A DNA stretch of 61,691 bases, filler included. It is 4 parts of 4 records of this genome, joined end to end, with 100 filler letters (N's around TTAATTAATTAA, not from the genome) between each part and the next. Parts side by side here need not be neighbours in the genome. Positions count along the whole stretch, not along the records: positions 21,084 to 46,379 come from DRR723986_1449; positions 46,480 to 55,490 come from DRR723986_1595; 2 more parts are not named here. One strand, 5' to 3'. The translations under genes and the position numbers were made by a program. Of the stretch, positions 40,879-51,045 are shown piece after piece. Below the pieces are notes generated by a model, which saw nothing but the letters and a program-made list of their open reading frames with translations, searched no databases and was not told the DNA's origin. Positions within the stretch are counted from its first letter, which is position 1, and the number at the start of each line of letters is the position of its first letter.

Positions 40879-43800
40879 TCAATCGCGCGGCATATCCTCA
40901 CCTGAAAACAAGACCTTGAGCCGCCTGCGCAGATCCCCGGCCGGATCGGACACAGGTGACGGATAGGGCATGTCCGGCTCCAACTGCTCCATCATTTTCA
41001 TATCGTCGTGGTTGGTCTGGGCCCGCGCAATGAACGGATCAAGGTACTCGGCAACCCCCTGCATCTCTTCACTTTGTTCAAGATCATCCTCGCCGCCCAG
41101 CGAAATCTCGACCTTTTGGCGCACCAGTTTGAGCGCCTCATGCACATCCAACCAGTCCTGCGACGAAATCAGCGGCATCGCCCCCTCCATCATCCGCTCA
41201 AATACGGTTTTGCGGTAGGCCTGTTCAGTCAGCTTGAAGGGCTCGGGCAAATGCACATCGACAAATTGCACCACCACATCTTCGGTGGCCTTCATGATGC
41301 CTTCGATATCCTCGTCGCCTTTGACATCGCGCAGGGCTTCTTTGGCGGTCTTTTCGGTTTGCGACAGCTGGTCGTCATCGAGGTATGAATTGAGCGTTTC
41401 GGCAAGGGATACGATCGCCTTTTCAAAGGTCCATTCCTCGGGCTGGCTATGCTCTTCGGTGCGCATCAGAACGCCGGGGTAAAGCAGCGCAAACATGTGG
41501 ATCGCCGATTTCAACTCAACCTTGAAGGCCATCGCCTCGCGTTCGCGTTTCTTAAGTTGGGCGCCATAGTGATCGCCTGATTGTGGCCAATAGCCCGCAT
41601 GGCTTTGCTGCGCAGGGAACAGGGTTTCGGCGTAATGCGGCGGTGCGGAACAGACGGGCAAACAATAGTCCGGCTTGGCAAACTTGGGCAGGGCCGTGCC
41701 CCGCGCCAGCCCCCATTTGCGCGACAGCGCCTTGTCCAGAATGGTGGCCGGGCTGAAATATTCCAGCGTTTCCGCCAGCGCCGATTGGGCAAAGCCGGTC
41801 TCGAACGGCACCATCTGCGCGTTCCATGCCGCCACATCCAGACCATCTGCACGGCGCGGCGCATTCAGCCGCTCCGCATCGGTCAGAACTTTGACCCCTT
41901 CGGGATGGGACCGCTGGCGGATGAACACACTGCTGACATGGCCGCGCTGCACCCGTTTTTCGTACCACAAACGCAGGTATTTCTGCCCCACCCGGCCGGG
42001 TCGCTTTTCAGTGGTGATGCCGCTGCCGGGGACATGGCGGGCATAGGCCAGTTCGATCTTTTCATCCGCGCCGATGCTGTCCACGAAGGCCTCGATCTGG
42101 TCGGTCTCGATCTTGCGCCAACCAAACATCTGTTCGGTGATATCGATCTGATGCCAGCGCTCGCTGCCCACCCGCTCATACAAGGTCACCCCCGTGCCGC
42201 GCCGCAGATCGGCGTTCAATGAGAACGGGCGCACGGCCTCGAACACTTTGACCAGACGATCTTTGCCCGGATAGCTGAACTTGGGTTTCAGCCCCAGAAT
42301 TTCGGTGATCGGCTGGGTGGGGTAATCGGTGATAGATACATGAAGTGGCGCGTCTATCTCGCGGAAATCATTGAGTTTCAAAATCTGGTGTCGCCGCAGG
42401 ATCAGGCCCTGATAGCAGGCACTGCTCGTGTCGTGGCTGTCGCGAAATTGTTTGAGCGAAAACTGATTGAGCGCGTTGTCCCCGCCGAGGATCTTAAGCG
42501 CAAAACCCTGCGCGGCACAGACGCCCTCGTCTATTCTCTCTTCAAGGTCGGGGTCCAAATCTGGCCGCGAGGACAGACCCGCCTCGCGGTATTTGGTGGC
42601 CAGATCATCGGCGAGAACCCCAAGCCAGCGATTGACGGATTCGTCTTGCGTTTCCTGCACCGCCGGATGATGCGGTTGGTGGGTTGAGACATCAACCAGG
42701 GTCCGGCCAACCGCCTGCGCCCCTGCCATTAGCTCTGGCAGAACCTGCGCCGACATGGTCAGGATCTCATGTTGGGTCTGTTCGGTGCCATAATCCCGGC
42801 TGAGCCATTCGTTTTCACTGGCGCGGATGGTGGACCCCATACTGGGCACGCCAAAAACCTCATTGGCGGTGATCGCCGTTTCCACATCATCCACATAGGT
42901 AAAGGCATTCACAAAGCCGGTGGTCAAAAGCCGCTCGCGGCCCCGTTCGCCCTGTGCCCCCGGTTTGTCCGTGGGATAGGCGCCGTCACGATGCCATTTG
43001 TAGCATTTGACTGGCACCAGCAGGCTCAGCTCCCGCGCCCGCCGTTTGGCCAGCGCCGACAATTCGGAATTCATCTGTTTGAAATCGCTGATCACCAGAT
43101 AGACAAAATCACCCCAGGCCTCGAATTTCATGCAATCCTGAACGCGCAGGTAATCGCGGACAAAGTTTTGCAACGTGGCCGCATCGGCCTTGAGCGGCAG
43201 CACCCTGACCGAGGCATCGGGCACCGAGAACGAACCGCCCACCGCCTCGCTTGCGCCGCGTGCGGTGTTGAAAAAGTTCATTGCACGGATGTAGTCAAAG
43301 CCCTGCCCGTCCTCAAATTCTTCGGGGCCATCTGTCCCGATGGGCGGCGCGTGATGGACATGCGCGGTTTGCTGGGGCGCAGCTTGATCGCCGGACTGAG
43401 ATGTCTGCGGCGTTGGCCCTGCTTGCGGCTGTGCGGATTGCTTTTGCTCCTCGGCCCGCCTGGCCGCCGATGCAGCCCGCGCCGCCTTTAGAACATCGCC
43501 CTCACGCCAGCCGCCCTCGCGCCCGCGCCAGATCAGGGTATCGGCCACGCCATAGGTCATATCGACCTTCATCCACAGCGGCGCAACCGGCGACAGGGTA
43601 TGGACAACACTGCCCCCTGCCTCGCGTTCTTCGCTGACCTCAAGGCCAAGGCTTTCGACAATCGGCAATCCGGCCAGATGATGCACATCAATCCGAAACC
43701 CGCCATCAAGCTGGCCCATCAACATGTTCTGCGGTCCCAGAAAACCGCCTTGTTTGAAGGCCTTGACCGGCATTCGCGCCGCCGTGAGCGCCTGATAACA

Positions 43801-44706
43801 AGTGGCATGAGGGTTGGCCGCATCGCGGAACTGTTTGAAATTGATCGTGTTGGCGTACATGCGCGGAAACAGCGACCACAGCGCATCCTTGATCCCCGGC
43901 ATCCAATCCTTGGCGCTGCGCCAAGCGCTTTGGCGTTCGGGGGACAGCTGCGCCTTGAGGGTGTCCATATCCATCATATCCGGCAGCACCGACGATCCGG
44001 TGATCCGGTCGCTGGCCATGCCCGCAAAGGTCTGCGCCAGATCGCGGCCCAAACGCATGAACCCCGCCGCCGAAGAGGACATTTGCCCCAATGGTTTCAG
44101 CACCGAATCCAGATTGGGCGGCATATCCAGCAACCCGGCGGTGCGATGCTGATAGACGCTCAGCAACGGGCGATAGGCGCTGGTTTCTCCGGCATAGGCC
44201 TCTGCTGCGCCCTTGGTGGACACCTGAAACACCCGCCGCGCCCCATGGGGGTTATGGACCCACTCACTGACCGATGGATCCAGTCTCGCCAGCAGCTTGG
44301 GCCAGCCGTACACCTCGCGTCCGGTGCTCATCGACAATTCGTTGTCCACAAAGATAAACGGCGAAGAAAACGCCCAATCGTGGAACTGCGGGCCCGTTTC
44401 ACCCCCATTCATCCAACGCAGCGGAATGCCAAAGGCCACCTCGCGCTGTGACACCCAGCCCATGTTGGCGGCCTCAAGCGACATGCGGCCATAATCAAGA
44501 ATGACCAGATAGACAAAAGGCACAAAGGGTTGAAACTGCACCAGATCGGGGGCTTGGTTCAGGTAATTTCGGGTAAAATTCTCAAGGCTCGGCAGACTGG
44601 CCCGCAGCGGAAACACTGACATCGTGACATCAGAGAACGAAAACGGCGGCGACATTTGCAGCGAACTGGCCGCGCCGCGCGCATTGTTAAAAAGAACGTT
44701 CGACAT
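40879..44706 (-). CDS. Large protein with two tandem acetoacetate-decarboxylase-like domains
   Basis: FIFVDNELSMSTGREVYGWPK and a second copy FTYVDDVETAITANEVFGVPS; KQFRD...CYQ occurs twice; ATG at 44706. Confidence 0.75.
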   Translation of the reverse strand: MSNVLFNNARGAASSLQMSPPFSFSDVTMSVFPLRASLPSLENFTRNYLNQAPDLVQFQPFVPFVYLVILDYGRMSLEAANMGWVSQREVAFGIPLRWMNGGETGPQFHDWAFSSPFIFVDNELSMSTGREVYGWPKLLARLDPSVSEWVHNPHGARRVFQVSTKGAAEAYAGETSAYRPLLSVYQHRTAGLLDMPPNLDSVLKPLGQMSSSAAGFMRLGRDLAQTFAGMASDRITGSSVLPDMMDMDTLKAQLSPERQSAWRSAKDWMPGIKDALWSLFPRMYANTINFKQFRDAANPHATCYQALTAARMPVKAFKQGGFLGPQNMLMGQLDGGFRIDVHHLAGLPIVESLGLEVSEEREAGGSVVHTLSPVAPLWMKVDMTYGVADTLIWRGREGGWREGDVLKAARAASAARRAEEQKQSAQPQAGPTPQTSQSGDQAAPQQTAHVHHAPPIGTDGPEEFEDGQGFDYIRAMNFFNTARGASEAVGGSFSVPDASVRVLPLKADAATLQNFVRDYLRVQDCMKFEAWGDFVYLVISDFKQMNSELSALAKRRARELSLLVPVKCYKWHRDGAYPTDKPGAQGERGRERLLTTGFVNAFTYVDDVETAITANEVFGVPSMGSTIRASENEWLSRDYGTEQTQHEILTMSAQVLPELMAGAQAVGRTLVDVSTHQPHHPAVQETQDESVNRWLGVLADDLATKYREAGLSSRPDLDPDLEERIDEGVCAAQGFALKILGGDNALNQFSLKQFRDSHDTSSACYQGLILRRHQILKLNDFREIDAPLHVSITDYPTQPITEILGLKPKFSYPGKDRLVKVFEAVRPFSLNADLRRGTGVTLYERVGSERWHQIDITEQMFGWRKIETDQIEAFVDSIGADEKIELAYARHVPGSGITTEKRPGRVGQKYLRLWYEKRVQRGHVSSVFIRQRSHPEGVKVLTDAERLNAPRRADGLDVAAWNAQMVPFETGFAQSALAETLEYFSPATILDKALSRKWGLARGTALPKFAKPDYCLPVCSAPPHYAETLFPAQQSHAGYWPQSGDHYGAQLKKREREAMAFKVELKSAIHMFALLYPGVLMRTEEHSQPEEWTFEKAIVSLAETLNSYLDDDQLSQTEKTAKEALRDVKGDEDIEGIMKATEDVVVQFVDVHLPEPFKLTEQAYRKTVFERMMEGAMPLISSQDWLDVHEALKLVRQKVEISLGGEDDLEQSEEMQGVAEYLDPFIARAQTNHDDMKMMEQLEPDMPYPSPVSDPAGDLRRRLKVLFSGEDMPRD

Positions 44707-44985
44707 TGCAGATGGCTCCGCCCTTGGCTTGACTGGCTCAAAGCCTAGGCTGGGGCTGCATCTCAAACAAGCATCATCAAGACGCAAACCGGCAAAGCGA
44801 GCGGCGCGACCTTCAAAATTGACTTGCGAAACTTACCATTTGCAAAATCCGAGGCGCGGATTGCAGGCGAATTGGCGATTTTTGTGCCTTCCGCCAGAAA
44901 AAACATGCCGCGAGTAAATTTTTGAGTAACATCGTAAAACTTTTTCACCTAACGTGAGGCAGATAAATATTGAGGGGGCGCCGCA

Positions 44986-46017
44986 ATGTCCGACACCAAG
45001 ATCAAGAATATGGAAGAGTTTGCCCGGATCAGCGGGCTGTCACGGCCAACGGTGTCCAAGTATTTCCATGACCCCAACAGTGTGCGGGCCAGCACCCGCC
45101 AGCGGATCGAAGATGCGCTTGTGGAATATGACTATCGACCGAACATCTATGCGATGAACCAGAACCGCAAACTGACCAAGAACATTGGTATTGTGGTGCC
45201 CTATCTTGCCGATCCGTTCTTTGCCGAGATTGCCCGGAATATTGAGACGCGCTGCATCGTTGCGGGCTATTCGCCGACTTTGTTCAGCTCCCATGGCGAT
45301 CCTGATCTGGAACGGCAGATCCTTGACAACCTGCGGCTGCTCAAACCGGCGGGTGTGTTATTGGCCCCGCTTGGCCGCGCCTCGGATCGCAGCAATATCG
45401 AGGCGTTCTGCGACGAGGTTTTTACCGTTCTGTTCGACAGCAACCTCGAAGGTCTGGGAGAGGCGTTTGTCGGATCTGACAACGCCAGCTTTGTCTCGCA
45501 AACCGTTGATTATCTTTGCAGAACCGGAGAGCCACCCTGTTTCTTCGAGATGCGCAATCCGGCCAACCCCAACGCCAACAAACGCCGCGCCGCATTTGTT
45601 GCGACCATGGAGGCATTGGGGCATGAGCCACATGTGATCCGTGTGGAAGGCACCGGCTGGCAGTTTGAGGAGATCGGCAAACAGGGCGGTTTGCGTGTGC
45701 TTGAGGACAACAGCCTGCCCAGCAGCACCATCTTGTGCAGCAACGACCGTTTGGCCATTGGGTTTCTGTCGGCCTGCTATGAAAAAGGTCTGCGGGTCGG
45801 GCGCGGCCCCGGCTGCGCATTGCGGGTGGCCTCGCATGATGATCATCCGTTCTCGCGGTTCACTTGCCCGTCCCTCACCACGGCCGGACATGACTATGAC
45901 GGCGTGGCCAAAGGCAGTGTGGAGCGGCTTTTGAAGCTGATCGAAACCGGAGAGCGGTTCGCGGAGCGGACCGAAACCCTGTGCGCCGCACAATTGGTCC
46001 TGAGGGCATCAGCGTAA
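44986..46017 (+). CDS. LacI-family regulator of a polyol uptake operon
   Basis: N-terminal HTH (SGLSRPTVSKYF), YRPNIYA, CSNDRLAIG, PSLTT; located upstream of smoE. Confidence 0.9.
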   Translation: MSDTKIKNMEEFARISGLSRPTVSKYFHDPNSVRASTRQRIEDALVEYDYRPNIYAMNQNRKLTKNIGIVVPYLADPFFAEIARNIETRCIVAGYSPTLFSSHGDPDLERQILDNLRLLKPAGVLLAPLGRASDRSNIEAFCDEVFTVLFDSNLEGLGEAFVGSDNASFVSQTVDYLCRTGEPPCFFEMRNPANPNANKRRAAFVATMEALGHEPHVIRVEGTGWQFEEIGKQGGLRVLEDNSLPSSTILCSNDRLAIGFLSACYEKGLRVGRGPGCALRVASHDDHPFSRFTCPSLTTAGHDYDGVAKGSVERLLKLIETGERFAERTETLCAAQLVLRASA

Positions 46018-46024
46018 TCTGGTC

Positions 46025-46080
46025 AAAAATTTACGCGCGTAAATTTTTTATTGACGCCCGTTGTTCGGACAGCTTAGTCT
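46025..46080 (+). promoter_or_regulatory. 24-bp perfect palindromic operator followed by a sigma70-like promoter
   Basis: AAAAATTTACGCGCGTAAATTTTT (46025-46048); TTGACG at 46051-46056; TAGTCT at 46075-46080. Confidence 0.72.
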
Positions 46081-46115
46081 TTGCCCACATAACATCCAGC
46101 TTAGGGAGGATTCGG

Positions 46116-46379
46116 ATGTCTTTGAGAAACGCATTTCGTGCGGCAACTGCGGTCACTTTGATCACCGCCGGTGGCGCATTCGCCGACACCATCACCATCG
46201 CGACAGTGAACAACGGCGACATGATCCGCATGCAGGGTCTGACCGATGACTTCACCGCAAAAACCGGCCACAACGTCGAGTGGGTCACGCTGGAAGAGAA
46301 CGTTCTGCGCCAGCGCGTAACAACCGACATCACCACCAAGGGTGGCTCTTTCGACATCATGACCATCGGCATGTACGAA
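46116..46379 (+). CDS. smoE: Sorbitol/mannitol ABC substrate-binding protein, 5' part
   Basis: TITIATVNNGDMIRMQ, WVTLEENVLRQRVTTDI; GGGAGG RBS; truncated by the gap. Confidence 0.85.
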
Positions 46380-46479
46380 NNNNNNNNNNNNNNNNNNNNN
46401 NNNNNNNNNNNNNNNNNNNNNNNTTAATTAATTAANNNNNNNNNNNNNNNNNNNNNNNNNNNNNNNNNNNNNNNNNNNN
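46380..46479. other. Artificial contig linker
   Basis: N-run, TTAATTAATTAA, N-run. Confidence 0.98.
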
Positions 46480-47254
46480 CAACGTGATCTACACCGGCCA
46501 GGAAGCCACCCAGCAGATCATCGCCGGCATCGACTGGGTCGCCAAGGAAAAAGGCGCCAAGAGCTTCTACCTGCTTGGTTCAGACTATATCTGGCCGCGG
46601 ACGTCCAACAAGATCGCCCGCAAGCACATCGAGAAGCTTGGCCTGGAGGTCGTCGGCGAAGAGTACTATCCGCTCGGCCACACCCAGTTCAACTCGGTGA
46701 TCAACAAGATCAAGCTGAAGAAGCCGGACGTGATCTACGCCATCGTCGTGGGTGGTTCCAACGTTGCCTTCTACAAGCAGCTGAAGGCTGCCGGCATCGA
46801 CATGACCAAGGAGAAGCCTGTTCTTCTGACCATCTCGGTGACTGAGGATGAAATCCGCGGCATCGGCGGCGAGAACATCGAAGGCGCTTATGCCGCGATG
46901 AAGTACTTCCAGTCTCTCGACAATGAGAACAACGCCGAATTCGTCAAGTCCTTCAAGGAAATGTGGGGGGACGACATCGTCATCGGCGACGTGACGCAGG
47001 CCGCCTACCTCGGCCCCTGGCTCTGGAAGGCCGCGGTTGAAAAAGCCGGCAGCTTCGACATCGACAAGGTGCGTCTTGCCTCCCCGGGCATCGAGCTCAC
47101 CACCGCGCCGGAAGGCTATGTCCGCGTCCATGAAAACCACCACCTGTGGTCCAAGACCCGGATCGGCCTTGCCAAGCCGGACGGCCAGTACGAGCTGGTT
47201 TACGAGACGGCCGACCTGATGGAGCCGGATCCGTTCCCGGAAGGCTACCAATAA
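46480..47254 (+). CDS. urtA: Urea/short-chain amide ABC substrate-binding protein, 5' truncated
   Basis: LLGSDYIWPRTSNKI, SVTEDEI, ENHHLW, PDPFPEGYQ. Confidence 0.9.
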
Positions 47255-47422
47255 GCCTCCGACAGTTCCCCCAGGGATGGAAACGCCCTTCCAGAAAGCG
47301 GGCATAACCGGGGCGCTGCGTGGAGGCAGCCTGCGCAGCGCCCGTCCCCTTCGTTTCAAACCCTTATTCGCAGCAGGGGAACAGGCGTTCCGCCTTGACC
47401 CCGCAGCATGGAGACGCGCGCA

Positions 47423-48349
47423 ATGTTCGCCGATTATTCATGGACGGAACTCGGGTCCATATTCGCCATGCAGGGTTTTGCCGGACTGATCCTGTTTTCC
47501 GTTTTCGTCCTCATGGCCCTGGGTCTTGCAATCATCTTCGGCCAGATGGGCGTCATCAACATGGCTCATGGCGAGTTCATGATCCTTGGCGCCTATGTCA
47601 CCTACCTTTGCTCCAATTTCGTCGAGACCTATGTCCCGTCTCTGTTCGGCATCTACTTCTTCTTCGCCATGGCATTGGCCTTCGTCGCTGCGGGTGCACT
47701 CGGGGCACTCGTCGAATGGTCGCTCATAAGGCATCTCTACAAGCGTCCGCTGGATACCCTGCTGGCCACCTGGGGCCTGAGCCTCATCCTGCAGCAGGCC
47801 TACCGGTCGATCTTCGGCGCGCGTGAAGTCGGCGTCAGCCTGCCGAACTGGCTGCTCGGGTCCGTGCCGCTGACGGACATCATTGAAATCCCGATCAACG
47901 GCATCTTCGTCATGGTGCTGACCCTGGTCATCGCCATCGGCGTCTATTTCATCCTGTTCCGCTCCCGCATGGGCATGCAGACCCGTGCTGTGGTCCAGAA
48001 CCGCGTCATGGCCGGGGCCGTCGGCATCAACACCGAAAGGGTCGACCGGCACACCTTTGCTCTTGGCTGCGGCATTGCAGGCATCGCCGGCAGCGCCTTC
48101 ACCATGATCGGCTCGACCGGCCCGACCGCCGGGCAGCTTTATATCGTCGATACCTTCCTGATCGTCGTTTTCGGCGGCGCTGCAAGCCTGCTCGGAACGA
48201 TCGCGTCTTCCTTCGCCATCAGCCAGGCCCAGTCCACCATGGAGTTCTTTCTTTCCGGCTCCATGGCGAAGGTCCTCACCCTGCTGACCGTCGTCGGGAT
48301 CCTGATGCTGCGCCCCGAAGGTCTCTTCTCCCTGAAAATCCGTCGCTGA
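47423..48349 (+). CDS. urtB: Urea/amide ABC permease
   Basis: GLAIIFGQMGVINMAHGEF, LYKRPLDTLLATWG. Confidence 0.92.
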   Translation: MFADYSWTELGSIFAMQGFAGLILFSVFVLMALGLAIIFGQMGVINMAHGEFMILGAYVTYLCSNFVETYVPSLFGIYFFFAMALAFVAAGALGALVEWSLIRHLYKRPLDTLLATWGLSLILQQAYRSIFGAREVGVSLPNWLLGSVPLTDIIEIPINGIFVMVLTLVIAIGVYFILFRSRMGMQTRAVVQNRVMAGAVGINTERVDRHTFALGCGIAGIAGSAFTMIGSTGPTAGQLYIVDTFLIVVFGGAASLLGTIASSFAISQAQSTMEFFLSGSMAKVLTLLTVVGILMLRPEGLFSLKIRR

Positions 48350-48359
48350 GGAGGTTCCG

Positions 48360-49523
48360 ATGACACATGTGAAATCCCTGCTGTCTCGACAGGAACTGAT
48401 CGGACTGCTGGTCGTGGCCGCGCTGATCTTCGTCTTGATGCCCCTGTCGATGGACATCTTCCGTCTTAACCTGTTCGGCAAATACCTGACCTATGCCTTC
48501 GTCGCCATCGGGCTGGTGCTGTGCTGGGGCAAGGGTGGCATCCTGAGCCTCGGGCAAGGCGTCTTCTTCGGCCTGGGCGGCTATTGCATGGCCATGTACC
48601 TGAAACTGGAAGCCTCAACGCCGGAAGCGACGGCGATCCAGTCCACCCCGGGCATTCCCGACTTCATGGACTGGAACCAGATCACGTCCCTGCCCTGGTT
48701 CTGGGAACCCTTCAACAGCCTGACCTTCACGCTGCTGGCCATCATCGTCCTGCCCGCGCTGTTCGCCTTTGTTATCGGTGCGGCGATGTTCAAGCGCAGG
48801 GTTGGCGGTGTCTATTTCGCCATCATTACCCAGGCAATCGCAGCCATCCTGACGATCCTGATCATCGGACAGCAGGGCTACACCGGCGGCGTCAACGGCA
48901 TCACGGATCTCAGGACCCTGAAGGGATGGGACATCCGCACCGACGAGGCCAAATATGTTCTCTACTACGTCAACGGAGGTCTTCTGATCGCTGTCCTGCT
49001 GCTGAGCCAGTTCGTTCTCAAAAGCAAGCTCGGCCGTCTCTTGGTCGCCGTCAGGGACAAGGAGGACCGGGTCCGGTTTTCCGGTTACGACGTTTCCAAC
49101 ATCAAGATCTTCGTCTTCTGTTTTGCCGCGGTCCTGTCAGCCATCGGCGGCGCGATGTTCACCTTGCAGGTCGGCTTCATGTCCCCCTCGTTTGTGGGCA
49201 TCGTTCCCTCCATCGAGATGGTCATCTTCTGTGCGGTCGGCGGCAGGCTTTCCATCTTCGGTGCGGTCTACGGAACGCTGCTGGTGAACTGGGCCAAGAC
49301 CACCTTTTCCGAAACCTTCCCCGAGTTGTGGCTCTTTGGCCTGGGCGGGCTCTTCATCGCCGTTGTCCTGGTGTTCCCGAACGGATTGTCCGGCCTCTAT
49401 CGCACCTACCTGGCACCGCATGTCGACCGACTGATTTCACGGGGCAATAGCGGCAACAGGTTAGAACCAGCCAGCCCTCCCCCCGACCTTGACGGCGACG
49501 CAACCGCAAAGCCAGCCGAATAG
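48360..49523 (+). CDS. urtC: Urea/amide ABC permease
   Basis: WGKGGILSLGQGVFFGLGGY, IPDFMDWN, RVRFSGY. Confidence 0.92.
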   Translation: MTHVKSLLSRQELIGLLVVAALIFVLMPLSMDIFRLNLFGKYLTYAFVAIGLVLCWGKGGILSLGQGVFFGLGGYCMAMYLKLEASTPEATAIQSTPGIPDFMDWNQITSLPWFWEPFNSLTFTLLAIIVLPALFAFVIGAAMFKRRVGGVYFAIITQAIAAILTILIIGQQGYTGGVNGITDLRTLKGWDIRTDEAKYVLYYVNGGLLIAVLLLSQFVLKSKLGRLLVAVRDKEDRVRFSGYDVSNIKIFVFCFAAVLSAIGGAMFTLQVGFMSPSFVGIVPSIEMVIFCAVGGRLSIFGAVYGTLLVNWAKTTFSETFPELWLFGLGGLFIAVVLVFPNGLSGLYRTYLAPHVDRLISRGNSGNRLEPASPPPDLDGDATAKPAE

Positions 49524-49532
49524 GAGAGACAC

Positions 49533-50288
49533 ATGAACACCATCAGCAACAACACCGACTTCCTGCTGTCCATCGAAAACCTGTCTGTTTCCTTTGATGG
49601 CTTCAAGGCGGTGAACGACCTGAACCTTTACGTCGACGAAAATGAGATCCACGTCATCATCGGACCGAACGGCGCGGGCAAGACAACGGTTCTCGATCTG
49701 ATCTGCGGCCGCACCAAGGCGACTGCCGGTTCGATCAAGTTCCGCCAAAAAGAACTGACCCAGCTGCGCGAACACGAGATCGTGCTTGAGGGGGTCGGAC
49801 GCAAGTTCCAAAACCCGTCCATCTATGAGGACCTGACGGTCTTCGAGAACCTGGAGCTTTCCTTTCCCCGTGGCCGAAGTGTCTTCGGTGCCCTTACCTT
49901 CAAGCGCGATGCGGAGGTGACGACCCGCGTGCGCGAGATTGCCGAAATGGTGTTCCTCGACACGCTCCTGGACATGCAGGCAGCCCTGCTCAGCCACGGC
50001 CAGAAACAATGGCTGGAGATCGGCATGTTGCTGATCCAGGACCCTGAACTCCTGATGCTCGACGAACCTGTTGCCGGCATGAGCGTCTCGGAGCGCAAGC
50101 AGACCGCGAAGCTTCTCAACGAAATCACCAAGGGACGTTCGGTGATGGTCGTCGAACACGACATGAAATTTGTCGAGGACATCGCCCACCGCGTCACCGT
50201 CCTGCACCAGGGCAAAATCCTCTCCGAGGGCTCCATGGCAAAGGTGCAGGCCGATCCCAAGGTCATTGACGTTTATCTCGGACACTAG
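49533..50288 (+). CDS. urtD: Urea/amide ABC ATP-binding subunit
   Basis: VSFDGFKAV, GPNGAGKT, LSHGQKQWLEIGM. Confidence 0.93.
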   Translation: MNTISNNTDFLLSIENLSVSFDGFKAVNDLNLYVDENEIHVIIGPNGAGKTTVLDLICGRTKATAGSIKFRQKELTQLREHEIVLEGVGRKFQNPSIYEDLTVFENLELSFPRGRSVFGALTFKRDAEVTTRVREIAEMVFLDTLLDMQAALLSHGQKQWLEIGMLLIQDPELLMLDEPVAGMSVSERKQTAKLLNEITKGRSVMVVEHDMKFVEDIAHRVTVLHQGKILSEGSMAKVQADPKVIDVYLGH

Positions 50289-50297
50289 GAGGCGACC

Positions 50298-50987
50298 ATG
50301 CTCAATGTTGCACAGTATCACGTTGCCTACGGCCAGAGCGAAGTCCTGCACGGCCTCGACTTCACGGTCGCGCCGGGAGAAATCATCGCCATCATGGGCC
50401 GCAACGGCATGGGCAAGACCACGCTGATGAAATCCCTGATGGGGATCGTGCCCACCAGCAACGGCGCTGCCGCGGTCGACGGCGTCGACATCACCACCAT
50501 GAAAAGCTACGAGCGCGTCGCCAGGGGCATCGCCTATGTGCCTCAGGGGCGGATGATCTTTCCGACCATGACGGTCCAGGAAAACATCGAGACCGGCCTG
50601 ACCATCAGCGGCCAGAGCAAGGTTCCCGGCGACATCTACGAGCTGTTTCCGGTGCTGCTCGACATGAAGGGCCGTCGCGGCGGCAATCTCTCGGGCGGCC
50701 AGCAACAGCAGCTGGCGATTGCCCGCGCGCTGGCGACCAACCCGAAGGTCCTGCTGCTGGACGAACCGACCGAAGGCATCCAGCCGTCGATCATCCGCGA
50801 GATGGGCCGCGTCCTGAAACGTATCCGCGACGAGCGCGGACTTTCCATCGTTGTGTCGGAACAGGTTCTGTCCTTTGCCCTCGACGTCGCCGACCGGGTG
50901 CTCGTCCTGGAAAACGGCCGCCTTGTCCACGACGAACCGCGGGCAAGCGTCGACGAGGAAAAAGTCTCCGCGTTCCTGTCCGTCTAA
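50298..50987 (+). CDS. urtE: Urea/amide ABC ATP-binding subunit
   Basis: GRNGMGKT, LSGGQQQQLAIARAL, DEPTEGIQPSI. Confidence 0.93.
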   Translation: MLNVAQYHVAYGQSEVLHGLDFTVAPGEIIAIMGRNGMGKTTLMKSLMGIVPTSNGAAAVDGVDITTMKSYERVARGIAYVPQGRMIFPTMTVQENIETGLTISGQSKVPGDIYELFPVLLDMKGRRGGNLSGGQQQQLAIARALATNPKVLLLDEPTEGIQPSIIREMGRVLKRIRDERGLSIVVSEQVLSFALDVADRVLVLENGRLVHDEPRASVDEEKVSAFLSV

Positions 50988-51045
50988 CCAGCTCATCCAG
51001 TTCAACAGCGCACGCTTTTCAGGCGCAAACCCAGAGGAGAACCCC

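Noticed and set aside
47311-47343. Hairpin after urtA as an ncRNA
   Set aside because: An ordinary intercistronic stem following a binding-protein gene
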